Shown here in pieces: positions 62,590 to 64,000 of a stretch of 64,000 bases of DNA. Source of the DNA: Macrostomum lignano (lineage: Eukaryota); NCBI GenBank assembly GCA_002269645.1, contig NIVC01000041.1, positions 62,001 through 126,000 of the forward strand, read 5' to 3'. Below the pieces are notes generated by a model. The model was given only the letters and a program-made list of their open reading frames with translations, was not told the DNA's origin and ran no database searches. Every line of letters starts with the position of its first letter. The stretch's first letter is position 1. The translations under genes and the position numbers were made by a program.

Positions 62590-62750
62590 GGGGAGGGGCA
62601 GAGCGACTCAGCGGTGAACGCGTCGGACTCTTGCGCGCCACAACGGCACCTGGTTCGATTCACACTCATAAGGGCCAACCCCCAAGGTACAGAGAGTGTA
62701 CATGCCTGATGATTAGAAAGTCAGGGCTGCTGTACACCCTGTGTGAGCGT
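62590..62750 (+). mobile_element. SINE family A variant with a different, shorter tRNA-like head; 3' truncated
   Basis: B-box GGTTCGATTC at 62652-61, followed by the shared body AAGGTACAGAGAGTGTACATGCC. Confidence 0.65.
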
Positions 62751-62751
62751 G

Positions 62752-63440
62752 TAGGAAACTAACCGGACCGGAAACTAACAGGACCGGAAACTAACAGGAC
62801 CGGAAACTAACAGGACCAGAAACTTAATGGACCGGAAACAAACCGGACCGGAAACTAACAGGACCGGAAACTTAATGGACCGGAAACAAACCGGACCGGA
62901 AACTAACAGGACCGGAAACTTAATGGACCGGAAACTTAATGGACCGGAAACTAACAGGACCGGAAACAAACCGGACCGGAAACTAACCGGACCAGAAACT
63001 AACTGGACCAGAAACTAAAGGACCGGAAACTAACCGGACCGGAAACTAACAGGACAGGAAACTAACCGGACCAGAAACTAACAGGACCGGAAACAAACCG
63101 GACCGGAAACTAACAGGACCGGAAACTAACAGGACCGGAAACTAACAGGACCGGAAACTAACAGGACCGGAAACTAACAGGACCAGAAACTAACAGGACC
63201 GGAAACTTAATGGACCGGAAACAAACCGGATCGGAAACTAACAGGACCGGAAACAAACCGGACCGGAAACTAACAGGACCGGAAACTAACAGGACCGGAA
63301 ACTAACAGGACCGGAAACTAACAGGACCGGAAACTAACAGGACCGGAAACTAACAGGACCAGAAACTAACAGGACCAGAAACAAACAGGACCGGAAACTT
63401 AATAGACCGGAAACAAACCGGACCGGAAACTTAATGGACC
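62752..63440. repeat. 16-bp minisatellite (GGACCGGAAACTAACA)n
   Basis: Direct tandem copies ~1 kb upstream of the BOK ATG. Confidence 0.95.
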
Positions 63441-64000
63441 GATAAAAAACCGGACCTGAACCCGACGATTTTAAACGCCTTTTTCTTACCAGTACGAGCT
63501 ACACAATTCTAAGCAGTGTAAAACTCCCAAAAGACTGTATAAACGATTAATTCATTACTTACCGATATGTTAATGCATGTGCCTTCAGCCAATGGCTAAA
63601 TTTTCGTTTTGAGCTTCTGTCAAGCGACTGAATTTTGATATATTTTATAGCATTGCGTCTGTTGCTTACTGCATACATGTACAGACAGTCTGTCACCGAG
63701 CTGTCAAAAGAGAAAATTTTCTACCCAGCAGATAGCCAGCGCGCAGTCAGTGACAGCCGGTAAAAATCACATGCCCCCCAGCTTAGCTGTCAGCACTGCA
63801 CCAGGCTGTGCCCGCCTCTGAAGCATTCATCTAGGGCCTCGTCCCGGCAGAACCCCCTGCCTGTTCCATTCCATACTGTATGCATACGCACGGGTTTCCT
63901 GTTGCTTCGAACTGCTCATGGACAATAAAAGTACAAGGACGCTATATTTTAAGCGCTTACATAGCAGTTTTTTAATCTGAGAGAAAGAGAGAGAGAGAGA

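Overview
This is animal (eukaryotic) genomic DNA with GC-rich exons, GT-AG introns and very dense intronic minisatellites. The style and a 34-nt intron suggest a flatworm such as Macrostomum; that is inference. Seven protein-coding genes could be assembled by hand with phase-consistent splice sites. On + there is a 5'-truncated two-pore-domain K+ channel. On - there are six tandem genes: BOK-like Bcl-2 protein, EF-hand rhomboid, DAT-like SLC6 monoamine transporter, a secreted Cys-rich/LamG-like protein, a PX-PH phospholipase D homologue and ODAD2/ARMC4. The main result is two intact pseudoenzymes. The ~2,000-aa PLD has both HKD motifs destroyed (HxKxxxxD becomes NEKCVVID and QSNLLIAD) but keeps PX, PH and the PIP2-binding motif. 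The RHBDL1/3-type rhomboid has both catalytic dyad residues replaced (GxSG becomes GAAG, His becomes Gln) and is not an iRhom. The transporter between them lacks the acidic extracellular gate residue. The rest is minisatellites, a ~1-kb tandem triplication, hAT-, Tc1/mariner- and foldback-like MITEs, and tRNA-derived and CORE SINEs. There is no CRISPR array, rRNA or genuine tRNA gene. All gene models are manual and were not checked against transcripts or databases.
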